64,000 nucleotides of DNA from Macrostomum lignano (taxonomy: Eukaryota): contig NIVC01002842.1 of the NCBI GenBank assembly GCA_002269645.1, positions 38,981 through 102,980 of the forward strand, given 5' to 3'. The translations under genes were made by a program, and so were the position numbers. How positions within the stretch are numbered: the first letter of the stretch is position 1; every line of letters starts with the position of its first letter. The notes under the pieces were generated by a model. It was not told the origin of the DNA. It worked only from the letters and a program-made list of their open reading frames with translations, and searched no databases. Shown here one piece after another: positions 50,071-63,300 of this stretch.

Positions 50071-50678
50071 CATTCAGTAAGCTCCAGAGAACGATAGCGC
50101 TGAATTGAGTTTAGCCATAGACAACTTTCAGTCTTTCTACTTCAGCTGTCCCTGCCTCCGTGTTCAGTTATTCTGTTCAAGCCTAATCTCTAATGAACAC
50201 TGAGGTGAGGTGCGTAAAAGTGAAACGCAATTCAAATATTTGAAAAATCTGGATTGAAATTAAGGGGCTTCAAAATTATTATAAAAATTCGATTTTATTT
50301 GCTCTCTCTAAATCTGAAGTCTTCAATTGCAAGATTTGAGAAACACTTTACTGAAAGTAAACTAAAACTCAAACGAGAAACAGAAGCTATTGTTCTTAAC
50401 AACAAAAAAACTTTGGACACTGTATAATATCTAAACAGTTTTAAAAAGAGATACCATACGACTTTAAAAAATTTCATCATTCTGGTAATTTGCATAAGAT
50501 ATTCATCTATATACTAAAAATGAACCTTATTGACCGAAATTTCTAATTGGGGTTTGGTGGATCATACTTTGAAATTGTGGACTTACAAGCTCTATTTATT
50601 AGTAGGACTACAAATTTTTGGCAGTAATTGCTAAGCTCTGATCCTAGCAATGATTTATGTAGATTGTTTATCCAACGT

Positions 50679-53352
50679 TCAGCCAACAAGGCCGACAAAG
50701 CTGCCAGACTCGGCGATGAAGCCGTCGCGGAGGCTGAGCGGCACCGTCGGGGACAGAAAGAACCGGCAGCTGCCAGTTCTGAAGTGCATCGCGTAGAGGC
50801 AGGTCGGGTGTTCGCCGCACCGCAGGCTGCACTCGATGAGCGACCGGATGCTGGGAATCTCCATCAGAGGAGCCGCTGCGGCGGTGGAGAAAATCGGCTG
50901 AGCGTCCAGGAATCGGTGCGGAGCGGACTTCGTGACTGGAGACGGCGACGAAGGGCGTTGGCGATGTTGAAATTCTATGCTCTGACTCTCATTAGTTGAG
51001 GGGCGGAGCAGCTCAGTGGTAAATGCGATGATTCGACCCCTGGTTCAATTTCGTGAGCGGCCGCATCCATTTGAGGCTTGTGACTTTTCCTGAGATTCTC
51101 AACCGTTAGGGCCAATCCCAAGGCACAGAGAGTGAACATGCCTGACGATTATAAAATCAGGGCCGCTGTGTACCCTGTGTGAGCGTGTGTGTGAGTGCGT
51201 GCTTGTCTGTGCTCAGAAGTCTGTGGAACGGGCAGAATTGCCCCAGCGCTGGAAGTGGAACTGCTTGTAGGTGCTCAGAAGTCTGTGGAACGGGCAGAAT
51301 TGCCCCAGCGCTGGAAGTGGAACTGCTTGTAGGTGCTCAGAAGTCTGTGGAACGGGCAGAATTGCCCCAGCGCTGGATGTGGAATGGGCAGAATTGCCCC
51401 AGCGCTGGATGTGAACGGGCAGAATTGCCCCAGCGCTGGTTGTGGAATGGGCAGAATTGCCCCAGCGCTGGAAGTGGAACTGCTTGTAGGTGCTCAGAAG
51501 TCTGTGGAACGGGCAGAATTGCCCCAGCGCTGGTTGTGGAGTGGGCAGAATTGCCCTAGCGCTGGATGTGGAACGGGCAGAATTGCCCCAGCGCTGGATG
51601 TGGAGCGATGTCGCCAAAGGCGAAGCGCTAGGGTGGCCGCAGGCTTCTTGCAAACATTGACTTTATTTTTTGCCTTACATTTTACGCAATATCGTGGCTG
51701 TGTGCTATAAATAAGGTATTATCCGCTTCCGGGTGCCTCGATGAGGCCTACCATCAGACCACCGCAAACTCACAGACGTAGACGTCAATCTCGCAGAAGT
51801 GAAAGTACACTGGGGATGCAGGCGTTCTCTCCAAAGTCAGGTACCGACCGGCCACTGGTCGCGAACAGGTGAAACTCAGAGGGTTCTCCGTGTGCGCCGG
51901 CACCCCGGTGTAACGGTAGCATTCGTCAATCAGCGACGAGTTGAAGCTGCTCCACATGGATTCGAAAGCGCTGACGCCTAGCAGAGCAGGGCGACGTGGG
52001 AAAGTCAGTGCCAGCGCAGGGCAATCGGTGAAGACAGAAAATTCCCCCTACCGAATGTGACATTGCTGAATTTTCCGGAGCAGCAGTCGAGGCGGTTCCA
52101 GATTCTCACAGAGCTGAGCAGGCGCACCGTCTGCATGTCCAGCATCCACCACGGCAGCGTGTCGTTCCACGCCGCGTGGACGCACTGCGACCCCGAGTAG
52201 TACGTCCCGGAGGTGATGCCGTTGTTCCCGAGATTCGCGTTTTCACTTGGCGTCCATTTGGTTGACAGCTTGGCCTGCATGTTCTTCGGCAGCTGCTGCA
52301 CCTGCAGGTCTGAGAATTTCAATTTATTCAACTTCAAAAAGCAGCAAAAAGTCAACGCGTAACGTCAAAAACCTCGACATCATCAAGACCAGAAATTTAG
52401 CAATGTCTCATTCACTCAGCTGCACCGTGGTGTTGCTTTACCGCACTGAAGATGCACATTCAAAGTTGGCTTGTGCATTCTAATATGCTTTCGTACATCG
52501 ACTCAAGGAGTATGAGTTAAAAATCAATTTTGGAGCTGTAAAGCAATTAAAACTGTATTAATAAGTCAACATCACAACGCGCTTTGCAAATACAGTGAAG
52601 TGTTCATCATTACCAGAGTTTTTAGAGCTACTGTTCTCATATTCTCGTACGCAGATGTTGTTTGACACTTTCATCTCAGGAGCTTTTTGAGGAACAGTAT
52701 TTCTGCATCTACCCCCCGTCATCTCAACTCAGGGACTTCATCGAGTTTTACCGCAGAGTTTTTTTGGCGCCCTTCTAGCGCCCCTGAATCCACTTGAGCT
52801 CTTGTATTTCTCCTGTCTCCAACCAGAGAATCATAAGATTAGAATGGGATGTACACATAAGCCTCAAGGGCCGCTATGTGCAGGCATGCACTGTAGCCGC
52901 TACAGGCCCTAGCAACTAATAGGACTCAGACTTTCGAATTCTTGGCTGGCAAACTACCGAAAATTGACAGCTAAACCTCGGCGGGTGAAAAACTAGCAGC
53001 ACAAATCTCGGGTGGAAGACCCCAGAAACTCGCCTGGATTGGAGAACAGAGAGCAGGTTATCATCCTACCATCAATTAATCAAGGACAACTCAAGTAGGA
53101 CGGGAAACTACGTTTCTTGGAAAGTTTTAGTAGGCAGGTTTTACGGAAAAATATCGCATTACGGATATTGGAGGTTTTCATTTTTTAGAACAAAATGTCT
53201 TACAGAATGACTTAAAATAGATTCATACAACGTTTGAGACAAGTTGTGCCATTTTTGTGATTTTTCATGGCTCGAACCCATGCCATAGTGAAATTCTTAC
53301 CTGCCGAGCAGACGGCGACGCAAAGCACGGCAAAAAGAAGCGTCACCTCCAT
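50679..53352 (-). CDS. Secreted F-type lectin (fucolectin/FTP) domain plus PAN/apple-like domain protein, 256 aa
   Basis: Phase-consistent exons 53352-53301, 52309-52052, 51977-51774 and 50935-50679. Signal peptide MEVTLLFAVLCVAVCSA; FTP motifs CVH...PWWMLDM...VRIWNRLDCC...GRYL...FCEIDVY; C-terminal SLIECSLRC..HPTC...GSCRF. Confidence 0.85.
51001..51200 (+). mobile_element. tRNA-derived SINE, family B (intronic)
   Basis: A-box-like CAGCTCAGTGGT, B-box-like GGTTCAATT and a TG-rich tail. The head is homologous to 54085-54155. Confidence 0.5.
51205..51605. repeat. 30/32-bp subunit minisatellite with a 62-bp higher-order unit
   Basis: GTGGAACGGGCAGAATTGCCCCAGCGCTGG alternates with GTGGAACTGCTTGTAGGTGCTCAGAAGTCT. 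Confidence 0.9.
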
Positions 53353-53944
53353 GCAAGGCGGAGCGGCCATGAGACGGCGGATTTGGCAGTCAATGGCAGC
53401 AAAAGCAATCAAGTCTTCTTGCATCCACGCAAAGTCAGGAAACGAAGAAGCGGGGCTCCTTATCAACATTTTTCCCCCATTCCTCATCTTTCCCCCCGTC
53501 TGCTTCCGTCGCCATAGCAACTAAAGAAAACTTGTTAAACTGAATGAGGCCCTGTATGCCACAGGGCATAGCTTGCCTCTGTAAACAGAAGAGCTTTCGC
53601 CCTCACAGAATCCACTAGGCATGCGTTTCTCAACAACTTCTCGCCTGCATGGCTTAAGCCTAAGGCTTTTATATTATTAAAAATTCATAATCCAGCTCTG
53701 TCAGCTTCATCTCGATGGGAAGTTGCAGAACGGTTTCAGTTCTGTCAGAATCCCACACTGACGCTGCAAATATTTTAATTGGCCTCAAGTCTGCACTCAA
53801 CGACTATTCTGTCCTCTTCAAAAGAGATTGACTACTGGGGGAGTAGCAAGAATAGAGTGTAAACCGATAATCCCTTATCGTGTGCGAAAAAAAAGTTATA
53901 GGCTCCTGTGTTGGCCACAGGTGGGCTCTCGGTGGCTATCAGAC

Positions 53945-54020
53945 CAGCTGACACCGAGTAGAAGACTCAAGACCCGGAAACCGTTTCCGAGGTATCGGGA
54001 GTTCGAATCCCAGTTCAGAA
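53945..54020 (+). pseudogene. tRNA-Leu(CAA)-like relic or SINE head
   Basis: CCGAGT, AGACTCAAG (anticodon-loop-like) and the GTTCGAATCCCA T-loop; D-arm spacing is broken. Confidence 0.35.
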
Positions 54021-54084
54021 GAATCTGTAAAAACTACTTTGCCAATACTCGGAGTTTAGCTATCTGTAAACTGTTTCAATGGTA

Positions 54085-54155
54085 GATGCTGAGCACCTCA
54101 GTTGCGAACGCGTCTGATTCTCGCGCCAGCGACCACCCCTGGTTCGATTCTGTGC
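54085..54155 (+). mobile_element. SINE family B head fragment
   Basis: GAGCACCTCAGTTG...TGATTC...ACCCCTGGTTCGATTC aligns with 51006-51050. Confidence 0.45.
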
Positions 54156-54619
54156 GTATACCTTGAGAATGAGACAAAAGGTCAACTGGAGCTAAAAGTT
54201 TTCAATTTCTTCTTATAGTAAACTAGTATGCGAAGCTAAAATAAAGCAGCCTCTTAAAACCTCGCACAATCCTTATTCATTGTTTTTCCATTGAATTTTT
54301 TGGAGAAATATTTAAACTTGTTTTGAATCGATTTTGTGATCAAAATAAACGTACAAATGTACTTTTTCAATCGTATGACGCTAAAGTATTAAGGCTCTGA
54401 AGTAATAAAGATTAATCTTCAACAGTGCATGTTAGAAGACAGACTTGTAATAGCCATATTTGCGCCCGATGCGAACAAATGAAGGGCCGCAGTTTTACAG
54501 TTCTCGTTTCACTCGGCCAGAATATTCCGGGGGGAATCATGGGAACAAACTCGATAGTCATCGCTGCTGATTCGGTTAGAAAAACTCTCATCGCTTTTTG
54601 AGATGCAATAACTGCGATA

Positions 54620-55340
54620 TTAGCCGCTGCTGCTGCTGCCGCCGCTCCCTGCAGCCTCCGGGCTGCTGGAGAACCCCTCATTATTGTTACTCGCTAATTG
54701 TCGCTCGTTACTTTTCAGGCTGCAGCTGCTGCTTTCGTGGCTGTCACTGCTTCTCGCGTCAACTTCGGCAGCTCTGAAAGCGGCAGCGGTTGGATTGTCG
54801 CTGGGCCGGCAAATCCAGTGAGTTCTGCTGTCGTCCGGGTCTTCCACTGTCTCGCCGCAGTCGCAGTTGTTGTGCGAGTTGCTGAAAGCCAACTGGAGAT
54901 TTCGCTGCTGCTCCTCTTTGATGGCCGTGCGATGTTGCAGCTTGGCGTCGCCCACCAAAGCCAGAGACCGAAGCTCCGAAACCGTCCGCTGCACCGGTGA
55001 CTCTGACGCAGTTGCTGCGGAGTTCGGCATGGTCAGTGCGGCCGATTCCGGTACACCTGCCGCAGTCCTGGAGCTACTGACCGGCGGCTGGCGACGTCGC
55101 GGACGCCAGCGCTTCCGCGGACGCAGCGGCAGCTCCGCGCCAGTCTTCTCTGCTTCCGGCTTGTCTGGATGCTTTTCTTCTGGTATTAAAGCTGTTGGCA
55201 CCGCTTCCGCAAAGACATCCGTCACGGACTCCGCAACCACTGTACCGTTAGCGGTAGTTGCCGGGCTATTTGACTCTATCAGCGTTCTCGGCGTCAGAGC
55301 TGGAACTCGGTCGTCTGGTCTGGACTGGCTGTCTCTGCTG
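54620..55340 (-). CDS. Possible exon of an unidentified low-complexity protein
   Basis: GC-rich open frame of about 240 codons with a TTCCAG acceptor-like site. No recognisable domain, and the gene model is unresolved. Confidence 0.3.
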
Positions 55341-56560
55341 CTGCCATCTGGAAGCAGACAGTCATGGCGATGCTTTCACTACACCATGGTCTCGCGGTTT
55401 TCAAGCCTAGCCATGTTCATCAAGTTCGTCAACTATTGAAAAAGTCTCACCGTCCACGGTACGCCACGACTCCAATGCTGAACTCGCGGTCAGAGGTGCC
55501 GCCAAGCGACGAAGCAACTTCAATGTCGCTGTTTGGAATCGCCTCGTTGGATGAATTGGACAAATCCAGGCTGTCACTCCGGGCACACGCGGCTGCCGAT
55601 GGCAAGGACACGGCGCTCATTTTCAGCCAGTTGTATTTATTTTTTACTCAGGCAAGTAGGGCTTCGGTGAAACCTAAATAAATGCTTTTACTTGACACTG
55701 CTTACATTGGGCCATAGAATTTCGTCTTTTAAGAAGTGCAAAAAGAACTCCTTGGTTTGAAAGAGTAAATCTTAGTTTCGAAAGGTGTAAATCAGTTGAT
55801 GCATTGTAAATTGAAAACATACATAAAAATCGTTGCTTTAGGCCACTTTCGATCTGGCAACTCAACTTTTGCTTGCAAATCAACTTACATTGTTAACCAC
55901 TGAAACTATAGTACACCTTTTCCGTTGAATTTCAACAAAACTCGCTTTCAATTTCAGCATATTTTGGCGCGCTTTTTTAGTGTACTGTATCAATCTTGAA
56001 CAGCCCCCCTCTTAAACTAACAACAAATAATGTAACTGCCTGTGGCTCTCTATAGTATCTCTCTTTAAACTGAGTGCTGCTCTCCTCGAAGTTCGCTACT
56101 AGAAAACAGCATACACTGATTTTTAAATAAACAGTAGCTAAATAAAGAATTCGAATGTCAGCTTGCCGATATTGAATGCGAGTTCTGTTGAAATTGAGTG
56201 GAAAAAAAGGTACATTTAGCGTTTGCTTGGTTACCAATGTTTTCAGTTTTCTTATTTTGGACAGTGCCTGACGTCAAGATAAGAATGAGACGAAAAACAG
56301 CGCACCCACCTCATAAAGTCGCAACTCTCTGTGAGAAGCTTGAATCAAAAAGCAGCAAGTGACTTGGAAACTGATACGAGCGTGAGAGGAAATCTGTTGC
56401 TGCAAAACATCTGGCCGAATCGAAAGTGAAATAAACAAACTTGTCTTGCACTGTTTGGTCACGGCTTGTCCTTAAACTCGTGGAGTGTCCAGAAGATTTA
56501 AAGCTTAACCGGACTTGACGGATCAGCGTCTGTCCGTCAAGTCCGGTCGATTGACTGTGC

Positions 56561-56850
56561 GCTTGTAGCTAAAAAGCTAAAAATAGAGCGTACACGACTT
56601 GTAGGTCGGGGGTTCAATTCCCGAACAATTTGTGTCCTTGAGCAAGACACTAAACTCTGCATTGCTTCGGTTCACCCAGCTGTAAAATGGGTGCCAGCAT
56701 TAGCTGGGGTTATTGAGGGTGTGTGGCGACCCCCTCCCCAGTCCTTGGACTGAACAGCCGTACGCAGCCTTCAGATGCGCTGCGCAATAGCTGCGGCTGA
56801 GCTGACGGTTGCATATCCATACCCATTAGTGCAGGTGTAATCAATAAAAA
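56561..56850 (+). mobile_element. tRNA-derived SINE, family A
   Basis: B-box GGTTCAATTCCC; body shared with the copies at 17821 and 58846; A-rich end. Confidence 0.8.
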
Positions 56851-57811
56851 TTGAGAAGGTTGCTGGAAATCTGGCAGACGTAAGTGGGAGCTGACGAGCT
56901 TTTTTTAATAACATGCAGCTTGTTAAGCTGATGCGAAGATGAACGAGACGCCCAAGATGTGATTACTGTATTATTTGCACTGCCCTGGCTCAACCTGGCT
57001 AGATAAATACAGGTGCAACTGCACGGCAAAGGCAGGCAGGTAACTAAGGATTTACTCTTTAGCTCTTCAGGCAATAAGAATTTCCTCAGGGTTCCATCTC
57101 TCATCTAGTCAGCTCGGGTGGGGGTCCCAGTTAGGGAAAACAGGCTCTTGTTCGAAGCAAGCCTGCTTGTAGAAGTGCCCGCATGGAATCGGATGGCACA
57201 CCTGTTGCTTCAAGCTCGCTCTCCTACTGATTAATACTTCACTACCAGCGGCTGCACCTGATGCAGACACAAAACTGCAGCCTGACAATCGGTTTACTCG
57301 GAGGAATTATCATTTCTGCGCTAGAACTCTGACGTAGCTGTATAGCGCTGATGTAGCATCTGTTTTAAAAATGTGCAGCTGGATTATCATAAATGGCTGA
57401 TGATAGAAGTAAATAATTATCAGCGGATTATGCGCAGGAAACTGGTCCTGCAGAATCCAATTCCATGAAAGCAGACTGTTCCGTCTTCATCATGTCCTCG
57501 GATTCAGACAGTCTGTCTGAAAAAATGGATTGACAGTGGGAGCTCAATTTCTGAGGCGGAACTGCGGGAACAGGGATTCGCTCTTTTCAATTTTCCATTT
57601 CATTCGTGCTGAATTCAACGATAGAAGGAAATGCATTCAGTTTAACAGTCTGTCCCTGATTATCACGGAAAGCTGGCTCGGAAAGAAACAGAAAACTAAT
57701 TTGAAATTTTGTTCACACGAAAGGGCAGTGTAGTTTGAAGCAGCAGTTTCTTTGAGGCATGGACTGATGAACTTCGAATCGTTACCTATCTCAAAATCAT
57801 AGATCTACCGA

Positions 57812-58027
57812 CTTACTGACTCACTCAACTCATTCTCTTACTGACTCACTCAACTCATTCTCTTACTGACTCACTCAACTCATTCTCTTACTGACTCACT
57901 CAGCTCATTCTCTTACAGACTCACTTAACTCATTCTCTTACTGACTCACTCAACTCATTCTCTTACTGACTCACTTAACTCATTCTCTTACTGACTCACT
58001 AAACTCATTCTCTTACTGACTCACTTA
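57812..58027. repeat. 25-bp minisatellite TCTCTTACTGACTCACTCAACTCAT
   Basis: About 8 units, directly abutting (TCAG)n. Confidence 0.92.
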
Positions 58028-58309
58028 ATCAGTCAGTCAGTCAGTCAGTCAGTCAGTCAGTCAGTCAGTCAGTCAGTCAGTCAGTCAGTCAGTCAGTCAG
58101 TCAGTCAGTCAGTCAGTCAGTCAGTCAGTCAGTCAGTCAGTCAGTCAGTCAGTCAGTCAGTCAGTCAGTCAGTCAGTCAGTCAGTCGTCAGTCAGTCAGT
58201 CAGTCAGTCAGTCAGTCAGTCAGTCAGTCAGTCAGTCAGTCAGTCAGTCAGTCAGTCAGTCAGTCAGTCAGTCAGTCAGTCAGTCAGTCAGTCAGTCAGT
58301 CAGTCAGTC
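58028..58309. repeat. (TCAG)n microsatellite
   Basis: About 70 units. Confidence 0.97.
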
Positions 58310-58845
58310 GTAAAATCACTCACTTTGATTAGCATTATTTAGTAATGTCTCACTAAGTGCAAGTGTCCAGAACTAAGCTTTAAAGTCACTTTCTGTTAAA
58401 TTTTCTCAGGTAAAAATCTGAGATGAAAAATCTGGCACGGCCTTGGGAAGCTCTGGCGTAGAAGCGACACCGCCTGCTCCACCATAAATTTCTACGTGTT
58501 TCGCTTCATCCCGTTTTTTACTGTGGCATGAACAGATAGAGAAATTTCAGAGCAGCTTCTCACACACTGCTCACGGTAAGCGAAGAGGCACCTCAGGGCC
58601 CGATCTCGCCAATCCGAGCTGCTCGATCGCTGATTGGCCTAAACTCCGAGTTGCGTCTTCAGTATGAAAATCTTCAAATTGATGTCAGAAGCCTGCTGAA
58701 GAAAATCTGACGCTTGTTGTTGGGAATTTTCTGCCCACATTCAGAACTAATTGCTGAGCCCATTGCAGGTAAAATTGTTCGTTGACTGTTGTTGTTTTTC
58801 TTTTTAAAGTATTGATATAATGACATTTATAATAAATTAATATAT

Positions 58846-59064
58846 CGGCGCATCTGAAGGCTGCGTACGGCTGTTCAGTCCAAAGGACTGGGGGGTCGCC
58901 ACACACAACCTCAATTACCCCAGCTAATCCTGGCACCCATTTTACAGCTGGGTGAACTGAAGCAATGCAGATCAGTTAAGTGTCTAGCTCCAGGACACAG
59001 ATTGTTCCGAGTGGGTCGAGAATCGAACCCCTGATGCTCTGACCACTAGGCTACAACCCCTAGG
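58846..59064 (-). mobile_element. tRNA-derived SINE, family A, 3'-truncated
   Basis: The reverse strand has TAGCCTAGTGGTCAGAGC, GGTTCGATTC and the shared body. Confidence 0.8.
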
Positions 59065-59417
59065 TGATTTACGTAGAATCCAATTATTAACAGCTTCTCG
59101 CTGGAAATGCATCATCGAGATTGGAAGTTTTACCTCGTTTTCGACTGTCTCACCAGCTGCATTTCTGAATTCTAATGAAGCAATCATATGTGTTTATCCC
59201 CCGTTGGTTCACAAGTCAAACGCAGTTGTGTTTTCTAAACTGGTTTTCGCAAAGATTTGCTTTTTTTCAAAGCAACTTGACTAAGATATGTTTCATTTGC
59301 TATTCGGAAGTCCAGAAGCTGAGATATTGTCAGTTTAGTGCTAACCTAATTAGAAACCGCCTACCTAACCATCAGAGTCCTCGCTAAAACCTACCTTCAG
59401 CTTCAGGCCAATTCTCC

Positions 59418-60602
59418 ATGTCAGAAGGGAGCATCGGTATCCATGGTAACGAGAGCCGCAGTGAGGCGGCCTGGGCCGGCGGCCCGCTGTGGATGCGCGC
59501 GCTGATCATCGCCAGCTACGCCGTGATCGGCTGTCTGGCACCGCCGGAACGCTCTGGTGGCATTCGTTGTTCTTCGAAAGCACAGCATGCAGACAATCAC
59601 TAACTTGTTTATCACCAACCTGGCCGTCTCCGACATCATCATGAGCGTCGTGAATGTGCCGCTGACTCCAGCGGCAATCTTCATGAACAGCTGGACTCTG
59701 CCCACCGCCCTGTGCAAGCTGATGCCCATGACCATGGGGGTCACGGTGTATGTCTCCACCCTGACCTCCACCGCCATCGCCATGGACCGCTACTTTGTCA
59801 TTGTCCACCCGTTCGTCCCCGGATGCGCACCAGCCTCTGCGTGCTGGTGGTGGCCGTGGTCTGGATAGTCGCCATGCTCATCAGCGCCCCGATCGCCGTG
59901 TTCCAGAGGACCAAAGCCTCGGACGATCGCAGCCGGGTGAGCTGCGTGAGGACTGGAAGAGCGAGTACCGGGCCGTGTTCACCGTGATCAGCTTCGTGCT
60001 GCAGTTCCTGCTCCCTGCTCCGTCATCACCGTCTGCTACGCCAGAGTCAGCGCCAGTCTCAGCCGTCGCCATCGAAGCCACATGGCGGCTTGCCGATCGC
60101 GCATAAAAGAGGCCATCGACATCAAGAGGAAGAGACGCACGAACAGGATGCTGATGGCGATGGTGCTGATATTTGTACTGAGCTGGATCCCGATAAACCT
60201 GCTGTGGTTGGCCAAGGACACGGGCTTAGCGGCGAGCACACCTTCCAGTGCTTGTTCTTTGTTTGCCACGTGCTGGCGATGAGCTCGGTGATGTACAATC
60301 CGTTCCTATACGGCTGGCTCAACGCCAACTTTCAGTCGGAGTTCCGCAGCCTCCTGCCGAGCTGCTGCAGCCGCCACCTGTCGGCCATGGCAGTTGATCC
60401 GGCGGCCGAGACGGCTGCTGACGCCAAGGCTGGCCTGATGGACGAAGCCGCTCCGACGCCGGGATCCATTGATCTTCCGGATGCTAGGAGGCTGGAGGCG
60501 GTGCCGCTCTCGCTGATGCGGCCGTCCCAGCAGACTGAGATGGAGCGTTCTGAACAGTTTACAGATCCCTTGCTCAGCGAGAATGGAGGTTCCAGCAAGT
60601 GA
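59418..60602 (+). CDS. Rhodopsin-class neuropeptide GPCR (NPY/PrRP-receptor-like), intronless, six 1-bp deletions (pseudogene or assembly errors)
   Basis: Joining frames gives GNALV..MQTITNLFITNLAVSD..LCK..AIAMDRYFVIVHP..QFLLP..RKRRTNRMLMAMV..LSWIPIN..CHVLAMSSVMYNPFLYGWLNANF. Confidence 0.88.
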
Positions 60603-60781
60603 CCTCGGTTGTAATTGCCGGTTCTCTGCTCGGGATGCTCCTAGTAGACTGTGAACATTCAACACCTTGGATATGGCTTTGAATTTTTATAGACATAGCT
60701 TTGCTTGATTCTGTTGCTGTGTTTCCGTGTATCAGTATGATTTGTACTTGCAATACTGAACACTTGTTCGCAATACCTTCA

Positions 60782-61042
60782 GTACCCAATAACTGTTACC
60801 TGCTGTACCCAATTACTGTTACCTGCTGTATCCAATAACTGTTACCTGCTGTCCCCAATAACTGTTACTTGCTGTCCCCAATAACTGTTACCTGCTGTCC
60901 CCAATAACTGTTACCTGCTGTACCCAATAACTGTTACCTGCTGTACCCAATAACTGTTACCTGCTGTACCCAATAACTGTTACCTGCTGTACCCAATAAC
61001 TGTTACCTGCTGTACCCAATAACTGTTACCTGCTGTACCCAA
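60782..61042. repeat. 23-bp minisatellite GTACCCAATAACTGTTACCTGCT
   Basis: About 11 units. Confidence 0.94.
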
Positions 61043-61379
61043 TAGCTGATATCTGCTATACCGCATACCTTTTCACAATACCTGCACTTGCTAGTTCATG
61101 ATGACTATGCATCGTGCCGAAAATTTTTCAGTCAACTCACGCTAACAAAAATATTCAGATTTTCAGTTGAAAAACTACACAAAAATATTGCTTATTCAGC
61201 CCTTAATGTACTTTACGAAATTTTCCTACTAAGATAGGAACATCGTAACTTTTTAACACAGCCACATCTTGTCCCCATGATTAAATGTATAAATAATTTT
61301 ATCAATTTCCCTCGTCATTAGACGCCTTTGAGTGACGCGTCAACTTTATTATTGACTTGTTCTACGTACTTCAGCTCTG

Positions 61380-63300
61380 CGGATGACTCGGGACGAGCGT
61401 CCATGACTCGTGGATGAGTGTCCATTACTCCAGGGATATGGGTGTCCATGAATCGGAGATGACAGTGTCCATATGACTCGTGGATGAGTGTCCATTACTC
61501 CAGGGATATGAGTGTCCATAACTCGGAGATGACAGTGTCCATATGACTCGTGGATGAGTGTCCATTACTCCAGGGATATGAGTGTCCATAACTCGGAGAT
61601 GACAGTGTCCATATGACTCGTGGATGAGTGTCCATTACTCCAGGGATATGAGTGTCCATAACTCGGAGATGACAGTGTCCATATGACTCGTGGATGAGTG
61701 TCCATTACTCCAGGGATATGAGTGTCCATAACTCGGAGATGACAGTGTCCATATGACTCGTGGATGAGTGTCCATTACTCCAGGGATATGAGTGTCCATA
61801 ACTCGGAGATGACAGTGTCCATGACTCGGGAATGAGTGTCCATGACTCGGTGATGACAGTGTCCATGACTCCAGGGATGACAGTGTCCATGACTCGGTGA
61901 TGACAGTGTCCATGACTCGGGGATGACAGTGTCCATTACTCGGTGATGACAGTGTCCATGACTCGTGGATGAGTGTCCATGACTAGTGAATGAGTGTTCA
62001 TGATTCATTATGGATGAGTGTCCATGACTCGGGGATGACAGTGTCCATGACTCGTGGATGAGTGTCCATGACTCGGGGATGACAGTGTCCATGACTCTTG
62101 GATGAGTGTCCATGACTCGGGATGACAGTGTCCATGACTCGGTGATGACAGTGTCCATGACTCCAGGGATATGAGTGTCCATGAATCGGAGATGACAGTG
62201 TCCATGACTCGGGAATGAGTGTCCATGACTCGGTGATGACAGTGTCCATGACTCCAGGGATGACAGTGTCCATGACTCGGTGATGACAGTGTCCATGACT
62301 CGGGGATGACAGTGTCCATTACTCGGTGATGACAGTGTCCATGACTCGTGGATGAGTGTCCATGACTAGTGAATGAGTGTTCATGATTCATTATGGATGA
62401 GTGTCCATGACTCGGGGATGACAGTGTCCATGACTCGTGGATGAGTGTCCATGACTCGGGGATGACAGTGTCCATGACTCGTGGATGAGTGTCCATGACT
62501 CGGTGATGACAGTGTCCATGACTCGTGGATGAGTGTCCATGACTCGGGGATGACAGTGTCCATGACTCTTGGATGAGTGTCCATGACTCGGGGATGACAG
62601 TGTCCATGACTCGGTGATGACAGTGTCCATGACTCTTGGATGAGTGTCCATGACTCGGGGATGACAGTGTCCATGACTCGGTGATGACAGTGTCCATGAC
62701 TCGGGGATGACAGTGTCCATGACTCGGTGATGACAGTGTCCATGACTCGTGGATGAGTGTCCATGACTCGGGGATGACAGTGTCCATGACTCTTGGATGA
62801 GTGTCCATGACTCGGGGATGACAGTGTCCATGACTCTTGGATGAGTGTCCATGACTCGGGGATGACAGTGTCCATGACTCGTGGATGAGTGTCCATGACT
62901 CGGGGATGACAGTGTCCATGACTCTTGGATGAGTGTCCATGACTCGGGGATGACAGTGTCCATGACTCGGTGATGACAGTGTCCATGACTCGTGGATGAG
63001 TGTCCATGACTCTTGGATGAGTGTCCATGACTCGGGGATGACAGTGTCCATGACTCGGGGATGACAGTGTCCATGACTCGGTGATGACAGTGTCCATGAC
63101 TCGTGGATGAGTGTCCATGACTCGGGGATGACAGTGTCCATGACTCGTGGATGAGTGTCCATGACTAGTGAATGATGTTCATGATTCATTATGGACGAGT
63201 GTCCATGACTCGGAGATAACAGTGTCCATGGCTCAGGGACGAGTGTCCATGACTCGGAGCTGAGCTTTTATGACTCGGGATGACAGTTCCCATGACTCCG
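61380..63300. repeat. Complex satellite of 21-25-bp GTGTCCATGACTC-based monomers with 70-bp and about 383-bp higher-order repeats
   Basis: 70-bp period at 61481/61551/61621/61691/61761. The marker GACTAGTGAATGAGTGTTCATGATT recurs at 61981 and 62364, with a variant near 63163. Confidence 0.95.

Noticed and set aside
61635-63189. His/Ser-rich ORFs up to 393 aa
   Set aside because: Satellite DNA; open in several frames because of the repeat composition.
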